Shown here in pieces: positions 26,685-36,009 of a stretch of DNA of 37,153 bases. The stretch lies in the IMG/VR virus record IMGVR_UViG_3300012009_000259. One strand, 5' to 3'. Source of the stretch: an uncultured virus (IMG/VR IMGVR_UViG_3300012009_000259) (Duplodnaviria > Heunggongvirae > Uroviricota > Caudoviricetes). Numbering within the stretch: the first letter of the stretch is position 1; every line of letters starts with the position of its first letter. Under the pieces are notes generated by a model, which saw only the letters and a list, made by a program, of their open reading frames with translations, was not told where the DNA came from and searched no databases. The translations under genes and the position numbers were made by a program.

Positions 26685-26971
26685 CGAGAGTGGTGAGCAA
26701 AAACAACCTCCCCCCAAGAAAGGGGAGTCTAGTGGTATATCATATACCGCAGGTGTCGCATAAGGCGACGTTTTATGTAGTAGTGCCATCGGTGGATGCA
26801 GCAATTAGCATCATTAACCTATTAGCCGAATATGACCTGTTCCAATACCGAAGCAGAATCAAGGGCGACTACGCCAATACTAGTGGGTTGATAACTTTTG
26901 ATGGCAAAGAGTGGGCGGAATGGGAAAATAAGGATGGCTATACTATTTCTGACATTATGAGGGGGGCGTAG
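26681..26971 (+). CDS. Phage P22 gp17-like protein
   Basis: V(Y/W)HIPQV...F.V.V.SV......L(A)(E/D)YD.FQY...IK.DY.N..GL....W.(E/D)W pattern, recalled from the gp17 family. Confidence 0.7.
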   Translation: MTRVVSKNNLPPRKGSLVVYHIPQVSHKATFYVVVPSVDAAISIINLLAEYDLFQYRSRIKGDYANTSGLITFDGKEWAEWENKDGYTISDIMRGA

Positions 26972-27384
26972 TGGCTATAAAGGCAATACCTCAGCCTAGC
27001 GATTCGCGGGCAATAGTCCACAAGGTGCATAGTAACGCAGTAGGCATAACCTTGTTCGACTGTGAGAAGCACGAGGATGCAGGGGAAGTACTTATCTATC
27101 CCCAAGACGAGAGTTGGGAACTGTGGCTATCGTGGAACATGGTTCAAAAAGGTGTCTATATCAACTTGAGCCCCAAAAGCAGGAACGATAGCGAGATTGT
27201 TCTGTTACAGTTCCCTAATACGAAAATGCTCTCTTGGGAAAATGTCAAAGAACGTGCTGTGCTAGAGTCACGAAGAGCATACTCTTTCACCTGGCTGGAC
27301 GGAAGTGTCATGGTTACTTTTATGGTGAGAAACATCCACCCCGCCGAGGGTTGGATGGATATAGAAGTTGTTGTAGAAGCATAG
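26971..27384 (+). CDS. Hypothetical protein
   Basis: GTG start overlapping the upstream stop, GAGGGGG RBS. Confidence 0.65.
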   Translation: MAIKAIPQPSDSRAIVHKVHSNAVGITLFDCEKHEDAGEVLIYPQDESWELWLSWNMVQKGVYINLSPKSRNDSEIVLLQFPNTKMLSWENVKERAVLESRRAYSFTWLDGSVMVTFMVRNIHPAEGWMDIEVVVEA

Positions 27385-27507
27385 CAACAGGGGGGTTTGA
27401 TGTCTAATGCACAATGGTTAATTATGGGCAGTGATGAGAGGCGTAACGATGGGTAACAATATGAGGAATTGGTCATACATACCCACAAACCCAACGTGGG
27501 GTCTAAA

Positions 27508-27825
27508 ATGACAAAAACGGTAAAACGCCCCTGCCTCGTCTGCGGTTCGCCGGTGACTTTCTACTGCTATCTGAAAGAGGAAGTTGGGCATAGAGTTTGT
27601 TGGCACGAAACCTGCTTTATCCTATCCCGTGAAGAAGTAGGATGGGCTGACGCGGAGTGCAAGAAGTGCGGATTTCACATACCCGCTTACTATGTGGAGA
27701 AAAGAATGCAGGGTAAACCGGAAGGATTTATAGTGTCGGGGGGGGAAGTAAACCCCCTCATCTATATCCCCACTGTGCTTAAGGAGTGCAATGCGGCTGC
27801 AATGATTGCAAAAGGGGTAAAATGA
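27508..27825 (+). CDS. Small Cys-rich (zinc-binding) protein
   Basis: CLVC..CWHETC..CKKC. Confidence 0.6.
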   Translation: MTKTVKRPCLVCGSPVTFYCYLKEEVGHRVCWHETCFILSREEVGWADAECKKCGFHIPAYYVEKRMQGKPEGFIVSGGEVNPLIYIPTVLKECNAAAMIAKGVK

Positions 27826-28022
27826 CGATACGGTATACAACTGACATATTTTGCGATCAGTGCGCAAACTGGCTGCATGGGACGATCTCAGAACAACCCA
27901 AGGGCCAGGAATGCTTAGATATGGCTAGAGAATTGGGGTGGACAAGGAAAGTAATCAGGGGGCGAAAGGTTGATCTATGCCCCGAATGCTCAGACAAGAT
28001 GGAGAGGGCATCTAAGCATTGA
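27822..28022 (+). CDS. Small zinc-finger protein
   Basis: ATGA overlap; CDQC ... GW ... DLCPEC. Confidence 0.7.
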   Translation: MTIRYTTDIFCDQCANWLHGTISEQPKGQECLDMARELGWTRKVIRGRKVDLCPECSDKMERASKH

Positions 28023-28029
28023 ATATCTT

Positions 28030-28118
28030 GGAAGGATGGCAGAGTCAGGCTAATTGCGCCTGCTTGGAGAGCAGGTATAGCCGAAAGGCTATCGGGGGTT
28101 CGAATCCCTCTCCTTCCG
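28030..28118 (+). tRNA. tRNA-Ser(GGA)
   Basis: GGAAGGA/TCCTTCC plus G, CCTGC-TTGGAGA-GCAGG, variable arm with GAAA tetraloop. Confidence 0.92.
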
Positions 28119-28168
28119 CTTAGTATCAAAAAGCGAGCAACAATCAGAAAATACAGAGAGGCGATATA

Positions 28169-28732
28169 ATGTCTATGGGAAAAATTCAGGGGGCAGTGAT
28201 AAATCTTTATGATATATGGGGGTTTCTAGTAGAGGCCACCAAAGGAGATGACGCCGCCCTCGGCTACCTTTATGACCATGATTACGAGGCATCTCTAGAA
28301 GTGCTTGCGCACGCCCTGGCCTTAACAATGGTCAAAGAGATTGAGTACATTTCGAAGTGGAAAGTAATTCAAAGATTCCTTTCTGAAGATCAGCAACAAG
28401 AGATAGATGCCTTCTGTGGATTGACTCCCTACACTCTCAAAGACCAACAGATGAAAGAGCGCCCCCTAAGTAAGAGAGTAATGAAAAGCATAGAGCGTGC
28501 TGCTGTGGCGATGTTCAACGCAGTTATGGCAGCAGAGAGGAAATATATAAAAGCCCCAAATTCAAGGATAGTCACCTTCGTATCCTGTGAAGACAGCAAG
28601 TGCGGTTCTATACACTCGTTATCCGAGGTGTGGAGTTCTCCTGGACTTTCAGGAGATCACTGGGATAGGTTTCTGAACCGCTTAAACAGGAATGCACACT
28701 TAGTTAAGCAGCGATGGGGAACGGGGAGCTAA
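28169..28732 (+). CDS. Hypothetical protein
   Basis: 187-aa ORF, GAGG RBS. Confidence 0.7.
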   Translation: MSMGKIQGAVINLYDIWGFLVEATKGDDAALGYLYDHDYEASLEVLAHALALTMVKEIEYISKWKVIQRFLSEDQQQEIDAFCGLTPYTLKDQQMKERPLSKRVMKSIERAAVAMFNAVMAAERKYIKAPNSRIVTFVSCEDSKCGSIHSLSEVWSSPGLSGDHWDRFLNRLNRNAHLVKQRWGTGS

Positions 28733-29166
28733 TGGTAGCCACACGATCTATCAGCGTTTGTTATCTAACCCCGAAACACAACATCCGAGGGGTAGGAGAT
28801 TCTAATTGCCCCAAGTGCGGATGCAGGATGACCGCAATTGAGAAGACCAGAAGAGTGACAACCCAACACCCGCGAAATGGAAAGGTGGTGCAGTTTTACC
28901 TCATAGGGCAGATTGTGGGGGGCGAAATTCTATACGTCAATGGTGTGCCCTCACACGGCAAGGTATTGGAGATGACAATTAGTGTAGGGCACAAGCGTAT
29001 TATGCTTAGGACACTGCCAGATGATGTAGCCTTTATCTCCAAGACCAAAGAAGCCCTGCAAAGAGCCGAGAGGCTGAGTATCTCCCCGCAGGCTTGTGTA
29101 TGGCTACAACCTGAAGAGGGAACCTACTGGACAGGCGACATGAATAGTATAGAGGCATACTCATAG
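28732..29166 (+). CDS. Hypothetical protein
   Basis: TAATG coupling, GGGGAG RBS, CPKC motif. Confidence 0.65.
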   Translation: MVATRSISVCYLTPKHNIRGVGDSNCPKCGCRMTAIEKTRRVTTQHPRNGKVVQFYLIGQIVGGEILYVNGVPSHGKVLEMTISVGHKRIMLRTLPDDVAFISKTKEALQRAERLSISPQACVWLQPEEGTYWTGDMNSIEAYS

Positions 29167-29174
29167 GAGGCATC

Positions 29175-29447
29175 ATGGATAAGACGCAACTTCCCCCTGT
29201 TAAATCTGTAAAAAGCATGAGCGATATACCGCTGAGAGAGGCGAGACAGTACGTATACAACACTGCTAGTGTGTTGGGCAGTAAAGGTTGGAAACCTGGG
29301 TCTTTTACGAAGCACCTTATTAAGGCGGTCTTAAACGCAGACAGGCAGAACTACGCCAAGATAAAACAGGTTTTCCCAGTTGTTGTCTGGGGCGTAGAGA
29401 CCTTTAAGCACCTGTCTTCTGAAGGCTTGTACGAATACGGGAGTTAA
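29175..29447 (+). CDS. Small phage-type hypothetical protein
   Basis: AGGAGG RBS; GSFTKHLIKAVLNADRQNYAKIKQVFP. Confidence 0.7.
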   Translation: MDKTQLPPVKSVKSMSDIPLREARQYVYNTASVLGSKGWKPGSFTKHLIKAVLNADRQNYAKIKQVFPVVVWGVETFKHLSSEGLYEYGS

Positions 29448-29450
29448 ATA

Positions 29451-29927
29451 GTGAAACCTGTACCAGTAATTGTGTGCTCGTTAGACCCATCCCATCGACT
29501 GTTTAATGCGGAGATTTGTCTATATGCTCGCGTAAAGCAGCGTCCTAATCCCCCCGATGGCACAGGGGCGGCCCCTCTGCCTGGCAGCCCTTATCATTTC
29601 AGTAAGTCGTCTTCTTTTGTGGGCGAGTGTGCTGATGAGGACTGCTTTGGGGATGGGGTGCTCTTCCAGTGTGGGCGTCAGGTAGATCAGAGAGTCTTTC
29701 GACTTGGGAGACTATCCTCCTGGGATTGGAATGGGGCCGACAAAAGCACAAACCTTTGGATTACCAACTACAACGCCGCAACTTGCAAGATGCGCACCCC
29801 CATGAACCTTATCGATAATATCCGTAAGGTCATTGAGAGAAGAGGGGCGACTTATGTGTGGATAGACATACAAGAAGGTAAATACCTGATAGGCGGTCAG
29901 GTAACATATAAGGGGAACAGAGCATGA
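29451..29927 (+). CDS. Hypothetical protein, paralog of 19597..20007
   Basis: PNPPDGTGAAPLPGSP motif. Confidence 0.7.
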   Translation: MKPVPVIVCSLDPSHRLFNAEICLYARVKQRPNPPDGTGAAPLPGSPYHFSKSSSFVGECADEDCFGDGVLFQCGRQVDQRVFRLGRLSSWDWNGADKSTNLWITNYNAATCKMRTPMNLIDNIRKVIERRGATYVWIDIQEGKYLIGGQVTYKGNRA

Positions 29928-30106
29928 GATTGCACACAGCAATAAGATTGGGTGTGCCAATTATGCTCAACGGAAGGCACCATATACAAGCCGTCGCCAT
30001 CAACCGAAAAGGCTACATTTACTTCAACGGCACGGAATGCAAACCGAGAAGAGGGGAGTTGAGGTGGCGTACCACGCAGGTTTGGTCTACACTGCTCAAT
30101 TGGTGA
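29924..30106 (+). CDS. Small hypothetical protein
   Basis: ATGA overlap with the upstream gene. Confidence 0.55.
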   Translation: MRLHTAIRLGVPIMLNGRHHIQAVAINRKGYIYFNGTECKPRRGELRWRTTQVWSTLLNW

Positions 30107-30169
30107 GATCGGGGCTGCTCCAGGAAGATCGCGCCCCAGAGTCGCCACTGTAGAGAAAATGGGGATACT

Positions 30170-30637
30170 ATGAAAACAGAGTTATTCATTAAGTCGGCAC
30201 AGGCAATAGATCATATTCTTGGGGGGGCGAAGAGTCCCATTGTCCTTGCTAAGATAGTGTTGACATGTCAAGAGGATGATATTACGGCTTTCGTCACTGA
30301 CAGCCTGAAGAGTGAACCTATTGGGAAATGTACTCTGAGGGATGGAGCCGAGGAGGTAGATATAGAGGTGTATGGTATAGGCAATACAAAGGCCACGGCT
30401 TCTTTTATGGCACAGAGAATAACGACTTCTAAAGGAGCCTTTGCCTATGAGATACGTAATGATAGCGAAGGATGTTGGCGAATATACAGAGGAAACAAAC
30501 ACATAGCAAGGGTCGAAAGAAAGGATTGCGGGCTCTCCCCAGATAAGTTAACGCTTTTAGCCCTCTCCTGCTTTTATGTATTAGTAGAGTCCTGTTTGTA
30601 TGGCCGCACAAGGATAGGCTCACTCTTCTTCACATAA
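30170..30637 (+). CDS. Hypothetical protein
   Basis: GGGG RBS, 155 aa. Confidence 0.65.
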   Translation: MKTELFIKSAQAIDHILGGAKSPIVLAKIVLTCQEDDITAFVTDSLKSEPIGKCTLRDGAEEVDIEVYGIGNTKATASFMAQRITTSKGAFAYEIRNDSEGCWRIYRGNKHIARVERKDCGLSPDKLTLLALSCFYVLVESCLYGRTRIGSLFFT

Positions 30638-30803
30638 TCTCAAATAAAAGGAGTTTCTATGTTGCTGCATAACGCTTTACAGAAAATGGTTCCCCTTCAC
30701 TTTTGCCGAGGCTTCGGGCTTGTACGTTCTTGTAAATCTACCCCTAGGGACTATTTGCTTCTTGATAAGTCTCCACGACAGCCCCACCAAAAAGGAGAAG
30801 AAC

Positions 30804-31097
30804 ATGAATAAAAAGATTATCAATGCAAGGGGATGGAACGACTATGACCATAAACGAAAATCATGGTACACCTCTATTCGATGGAGGATCATGATAGGTA
30901 ACCCAAGGTTTGGGGGGGAATGGTACATCCTGAAGCCAGAAGAAATCATTCGGGTGCTTGAGAGTAAGCACCAACATACTTCAAAGTATACAGACGGTTG
31001 GCAGCAGACGTATGCGGGAAAAATTCAGGTTTCGGAAGAGACATACAATAAACTCATAGGGCTCGGTGCCAATCCTGAGTGGCTTAAGCCGAACTGA
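30804..31097 (+). CDS. Hypothetical protein
   Basis: AAGGAG RBS before ATG 30804. Confidence 0.7.
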   Translation: MNKKIINARGWNDYDHKRKSWYTSIRWRIMIGNPRFGGEWYILKPEEIIRVLESKHQHTSKYTDGWQQTYAGKIQVSEETYNKLIGLGANPEWLKPN

Positions 31098-31106
31098 AAG
31101 GCGAGA

Positions 31107-31295
31107 ATGATGACAAAACCCTGGTATAAATTAAGGTTCTCAAAAAGTCAGTGCGTCGGCAAAGATATTCGCTGGCGCAAAACAATAGAAGGTAGATTTG
31201 TTGCGATCTATCTTCCTTTTGTGGCTGTGGAAACACTGACTGAAGAGAGCGGCATGGAATTCTATGTTTGTCACTCCGTGAGCGGCGACAACTGA
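31107..31295 (+). CDS. Small hypothetical protein
   Basis: Follows the previous gene by 9 nt. Confidence 0.5.
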   Translation: MMTKPWYKLRFSKSQCVGKDIRWRKTIEGRFVAIYLPFVAVETLTEESGMEFYVCHSVSGDN

Positions 31296-31363
31296 GTTTC
31301 ATTTGGCCGCTCAGAAAGTTCGGGGGTCAAACACCCCACACTTATCGGGGCACACACTTGTAA

Positions 31364-31747
31364 GTGGACTGGGAAGGGGTGGAGGAGACCCCACCCATCC
31401 TAGACAGAGAGGTTGGGCTCCTAACCTCACACGTAAGTATGTTTGAAAGCGCAGTTAGAGGAGCACTATACGCACCACTATCAAAAAAGAAGATGTCATC
31501 AGAGGAGCTACCCAGTGTGGGATTCTTCTACGGAGAGCAGAGGAACGTCCCCAAGATCGCCGTGGTGCCTTACGACCCTTCTTCGCCTTATGAGACTCTT
31601 TTTAGCACCATGTATGTAGGGAACTCGTTGACACCAGAAAGGTTTCTCAGCATCATGGAGTCAGTCTTGATAAAGAGGTCGGATTTGTATAGCAGAAGTC
31701 TGTTGTGGAATGTATTTCGTGCTTACACAACCACTCTCGAACGATAA
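31364..31747 (+). CDS. Hypothetical protein (start uncertain)
   Basis: 127-aa ORF ending at a terminator. Confidence 0.5.
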   Translation: MDWEGVEETPPILDREVGLLTSHVSMFESAVRGALYAPLSKKKMSSEELPSVGFFYGEQRNVPKIAVVPYDPSSPYETLFSTMYVGNSLTPERFLSIMESVLIKRSDLYSRSLLWNVFRAYTTTLER

Positions 31748-31759
31748 GGCACGAGTAGT

Positions 31760-31787
31760 AAAAAGCCCCCTTGCTCAGGGGGCTTTT
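31760..31787. terminator. Bidirectional intrinsic terminator
   Basis: AAAAAGCCCCCT-tgctc-AGGGGGCTTTT. Confidence 0.85.
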
Positions 31788-31818
31788 GCTCTATGGTCTG
31801 CGCATTAGCGGTATCTCA

Positions 31819-32499
31819 TTAACTGCCGCTATTTCCTTCTGCTATTTTTTGTAGAAAACGAGGGTAGCCCATCTTTCTCCTGGACTCCTCGATCTCGTCA
31901 CGAAGGATTTCCATGAGAATCTTTGCAGTCTTGCGGAGTACGACTTCTCGCACATCAGGGGCAATTCTAGCCATGATGTTCCCATCTACCCCATTGAGGG
32001 CCATAGGTCTCCAGCGTAGTGATACCTTTTCAAGTAGACCGTATGGGTCATTCCCTCTTGTTGGCACACTCCAACACTTTTGTGGGGTAGCCAGGTCAAC
32101 CTGCCCTGCACACTGATATATTCTCACGCCATAGTCCGACAATGAACGGGCAAAGATGAAGGGTTCTCCAGGTGTGGGTAGCGACCAATGATCGGGGATG
32201 TCCTGCTCCCGCACAGAACGCTCCTTATAGCGCCACTCTCTGCTTGGATTTGTGGCGAGTGAGCAGTAGCCTCCCGCTTCGCCCCTGCTGTACCCCCGTA
32301 TATCATCATGCGATACTGCCACGAATGCGGGGGCACCTTTTCGTATTCCACTAAGATTAACCGCCTCTGCTGCCCTAAAAAGACTCATAGTGGGTATAAC
32401 GATCTTATATTTGCCCTCTCGATGTTGCCCCACATACCCTGCGTAGTACCGATTAGATACCTACATCAGCAGGTCTTCTCCCATTTCAGGATTAGGCAT
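31819..32499 (-). CDS. Hypothetical protein, paralog of 32492..33124; in-frame TAG at codon 13 (32461-32463)
   Basis: Shared WSLPTPGE, CW.(V/I)P and V.LRW.P motifs. The frame extends up to a coupled ATG at 32499 across one TAG; alternative start at 32433. Confidence 0.6.
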
Positions 32500-33124
32500 T
32501 TTGCCCCCTTTTTTCTTTTAGTATTGCCCTTATAGACTTGGCCTGTTGCTCGCCTCCGTTCATCTTCTCTGTCGCCGTGGCAGTCTTCTCTAGGATAGAC
32601 ACTTCCAAGTGTGAGGGAATCCTTAGCAGTGTATTGTGGTTAGCTTTGTGCAAACTGTCTGGGAACCACCTTAATCCTACGTCACCGACCTCGGCATTCT
32701 TCGCTGGAATAACCCAACAGGCATCCACATCTGTAAGTCTTACGGTGTCTGTAACCTGAAACACCCTAAACCAGTGGGAGCGATGCTTCCTGAAAATAAT
32801 TACCTCTCCAGGTGTGGGTAGCGACCAATAATAGGGCATAACCCTCTCCCGAACATGCCCCCCAGTACTGAACCATTCACGCCTAGGGTTGGGGGCAAAG
32901 TTGGGCAGCAGTCCCTTTTCGGTGATAGTGATTGACTCTACCTCATGCTTCTTAAAAGACACCTGCACCAGAGCGGTGGGGTTTCTGACATACCGGACTG
33001 AGATAGCCTCATCCCTGTTGTACGCCCCTACAACGGGAACGCGCACCGACCATCCCCACTCCTTTTGTTCTGCCATCCCTGCGAACATAGTATTACCTAC
33101 TGAAAAGATAGATGTCCTCTCCAT
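32492..33124 (-). CDS. Hypothetical protein, paralog of 31819..32499
   Basis: AGGAGGTGA RBS; 25-nt identical segment at 32805-32829 and 32165-32189. Confidence 0.75.
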   Translation of the reverse strand: MERTSIFSVGNTMFAGMAEQKEWGWSVRVPVVGAYNRDEAISVRYVRNPTALVQVSFKKHEVESITITEKGLLPNFAPNPRREWFSTGGHVRERVMPYYWSLPTPGEVIIFRKHRSHWFRVFQVTDTVRLTDVDACWVIPAKNAEVGDVGLRWFPDSLHKANHNTLLRIPSHLEVSILEKTATATEKMNGGEQQAKSIRAILKEKRGQNA

Positions 33125-33182
33125 TAGTCACCTCCTGTTGTGGTATGCTCAATATATCTTCCTCGTACTGGCGGCGAGGAAG

Positions 33183-33377
33183 TTATGCGTTGCGTCTGTA
33201 AAATCGCTGTCCGCATACAAGACAGCGGTGGCTGTTTAATCCAACATTTGTCCAGTCTGGGTGCCTACAGTGTGGCCGCTCAGCATCGAGACGCGCTAAC
33301 GCTTTCAGCAAGCGTGCCTGCTGCTCTCCGGTACGAAACTTTATTATCATTCTGGCTTGCTTCCGTTTATCCACCAT
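33183..33377 (-). CDS. Small hypothetical protein with Cys/His motif
   Basis: CRH.DW......RCLVCG; follows the pyrG fragment. Confidence 0.55.
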   Translation of the reverse strand: MVDKRKQARMIIKFRTGEQQARLLKALARLDAERPHCRHPDWTNVGLNSHRCLVCGQRFYRRNA

Positions 33378-33380
33378 AAT

Positions 33381-33887
33381 CTACCTTTCCTTTGTAGCGT
33401 GTAGTGCTGCTCTTGTTCTTTCTCTAACTATCGCGCAATTGCACTGCGCGATGCGGCGGGGTGAAGAAGTCTCAGCATCGGCATTAAGTCGTTGGGCCGC
33501 ATCAGTAATCCGACGCTTAATCTCGTTGGTGACATGCGGGACGACTTGAATGGTTCCCCCTAGGTAGTCCCCCCTACGCTCTTTGTTGATCACGTCCCGA
33601 TATACTTGACCAGAAGTGACGTTGTTTAATTGCCCCAACTCTTCATCAATAAACCTCTCATAATGGCCTAAGTCGAGGTCGGTCTCCGCACCATCAGCGG
33701 TAACAAACACTTCACCGCGTTGATATGGGGCCATCGTCCCTGGATCAACATTCAGGTAGGGGTCTAGCTTTTGAATAGACACTCTCAGCCCCCTGGACTT
33801 TAATAACCTGCCAATAGAGGCCGCTGCTATTCCTTTACCGAGGGAGGAAACTACTCCCCCCGTTATAAATATGTACTTCACAGCCAA
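33381..33887 (-). pseudogene. pyrG: Truncated CTP synthase (about 135 N-terminal residues of the synthetase domain)
   Basis: [66 protein letters not shown], followed by an unrelated tail. No GGTVGDIE motif and no glutaminase domain. Confidence 0.9.
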
Positions 33888-34113
33888 AACTCCTTACCTT
33901 ATCCTTCGAGACATAAATAGCGTTCTATGAGAGCCAGAACTATGTTGTGAGCCCATGTTTGACGGCGATAACGTAGTCTTTTCTAAATAGTGCCACATCA
34001 AGGGGGTTCCTTAAGGATGGTTAGTTGTATCTCTCTATTTTCTGATACGTCTCTCGCTATATAGGGCTACTTACTTAATGGCGCATATCGCCAAAGGGGG
34101 TCTTTATCTGCCA

Positions 34114-34536
34114 TCATTCTCCTATCTTTTTTAATTCTGCTTTAACGTAGCTCCTAAGGTCAGCGAATCGAGGCGACCCCCGCCGTTCGTTCCATGCTTG
34201 GGGCGCGGGGACACATGCGCCCCCAGACATAAAGGCCTGCCACCCAGGGCGCTTAAAATCCTCGGCGGCAATGAACAATTTGCCGTCATAGTATACCCCC
34301 ATGTCCGTGGCATCCAGACATGCAGCGATCTCCCCAATGAGGAGATCGGGCTTCAGCGCGAGTGATACGTTCATCCCAGAGAGGGCGTAGCGCATCTCCC
34401 CACGATGCTTGTATTCAAAATTCATAGCATCCCGCCGCTGAACGACCCTAATTTCGCCACGTTCTTTGACAACGGCAAGACTATCTAGGTGGCGATCCTG
34501 TAACGCCTGCTTGAGTGTAAAAAAGATTTTTCTCAT
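34114..34536 (-). CDS. Hypothetical protein
   Basis: TAAGGAG RBS, TATAAT upstream. Confidence 0.7.
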   Translation of the reverse strand: MRKIFFTLKQALQDRHLDSLAVVKERGEIRVVQRRDAMNFEYKHRGEMRYALSGMNVSLALKPDLLIGEIAACLDATDMGVYYDGKLFIAAEDFKRPGWQAFMSGGACVPAPQAWNERRGSPRFADLRSYVKAELKKIGE

Positions 34537-34765
34537 TGCTCTCTCCTTATGTTAGCTCCGCTGCGTGCCTGCTTTTTGTATTATACTTCGCAAGCAGTAA
34601 TAAGGTGTCAACATGCTAAATCATGTAATAGGATAAGATATGCAGTATACAGATAATAAAAGGGGGTAATGCTCCTTGTTAAGTATGTTTGTTGAAAAGA
34701 CGTTTAATACAAAATGATGAGGGCAGCACGCTCTTATAAGCCCACTCCTGGGGATTGTTTACCCC

Positions 34766-34794
34766 TTGACAGTACGATAATACTATAGTACCAT
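34766..34794 (+). promoter_or_regulatory. Possible sigma70 promoter
   Basis: TTGACA-17 nt-TACCAT upstream of 34867. Confidence 0.45.
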
Positions 34795-34866
34795 ACATGC
34801 AGGTCGGAGTAGATAGTGCAGATTGAAGTATACACGGGCAAAAACACCAAGCAAAGGAGAGAGATA

Positions 34867-35091
34867 ATGAGTAGGGGTGAGATATTTGAGAAAGCGTATC
34901 AAGCATGCTCGAATAATGATGAGCGCGGGGCCGTAGAGGTCTTGCGCAAAAACTGGCTGGCGCGTCGTCACAACGTCCGCTCGACTCCGCTCAGCGGATA
35001 CAGGGGTAAGAGTATTAACACAGAGTGGGCGAAACAAACCCTGTTCGGAACGGAACCAGGGCGCATCTTGGCAGAAGCACACATGATATGA
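34867..35091 (+). CDS. Small hypothetical protein
   Basis: AAGGAG RBS before ATG 34867. Confidence 0.6.
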   Translation: MSRGEIFEKAYQACSNNDERGAVEVLRKNWLARRHNVRSTPLSGYRGKSINTEWAKQTLFGTEPGRILAEAHMI

Positions 35092-35142
35092 GTCCAGCCG
35101 GAGCCGGTCAACACGACATCTCCAAGAAATAGGGGGAGGACA

Positions 35143-35487
35143 ATGGGTAAAAGAGGGTCGCACCAGATGTTGCTGATTTCAGATAAGGTGTTAGTCAACA
35201 AAGCAATTCGACGAATGAATGAGGTCACTGGAGATTGTCGCTACAGCAACATTTTTGACGACGGTGGCGAAGGTGAAGTGCCAGATGGTAACGTTCATCT
35301 ACTCCCCTACGACGAAATTGATCCGCGTGTCGCTAAAGAGGTTATTAAAAGTGGGTATGCCCACAAAGTAGTAGGCGACATAATAGAGTACGACGGCTCA
35401 AGACAGCAGCGTGCTGAGCTTGACGAGAGGTATCCAGGATGGTGCGGATTCTTCAGCGTCGGCGTCGCGTACTGCTGGACACCGTGA
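35143..35487 (+). CDS. Hypothetical protein
   Basis: GGGAGG RBS. Confidence 0.65.
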   Translation: MGKRGSHQMLLISDKVLVNKAIRRMNEVTGDCRYSNIFDDGGEGEVPDGNVHLLPYDEIDPRVAKEVIKSGYAHKVVGDIIEYDGSRQQRAELDERYPGWCGFFSVGVAYCWTP

Positions 35488-35721
35488 CACCCCCACAACA
35501 AAGGATAGAGTGGTGGAGTACATAAAAATGGAGATAGGCGGATTTATTAAGGAGTTAAAAGGTGCGGCACCAGGCGACCACCTCGGCTTGGCGCACTCTA
35601 CTTCCTTCATCTATTAACAGGTGAAACCTGCCGTATTTATTTCTTATATCCTCTGTCTTTAACATTATCTCCTCCCTTGTCTGTCCCCCACCTCACACTG
35701 GTGGCGAGGAATGTGGCAGGA

Positions 35722-36009
35722 CTACGCAATTTGAATAAATCGACGGTATTCCCATGCCCTCGTGTCTATAATGCGGCAGATTCTCCCGATCTCCATTTTA
35801 GAAGGTTGGGTATAATCTTGGTGCCCGACCGTCCCCAGGTACTCACCATTCAAGTACAGTTCCACGCCATGACCGGCGTGTGTCCCCGCGTCGTATCTCG
35901 TCTCAAACTCAACGTACTCACCTTCCGGCAAGCCAAGTCTTGCCCGAAGTTTTTGGCTAACTCGATTTCGACTTCTTTTTGCCGCTTGTAGTCTCTTTTG
36001 CTACATCAT
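35722..36009 (-). pseudogene. Small hypothetical gene with in-frame TAG at codon 3
   Basis: AAGGGGAG-A-ATG ATG TAG CAA AAG... in frame with ORF 35722..35931. Confidence 0.4.

Noticed and set aside
30102..30146. Weak GC-rich hairpin
   Set aside because: It is imperfect, has no U-tract and has no second copy, so there is not enough support.
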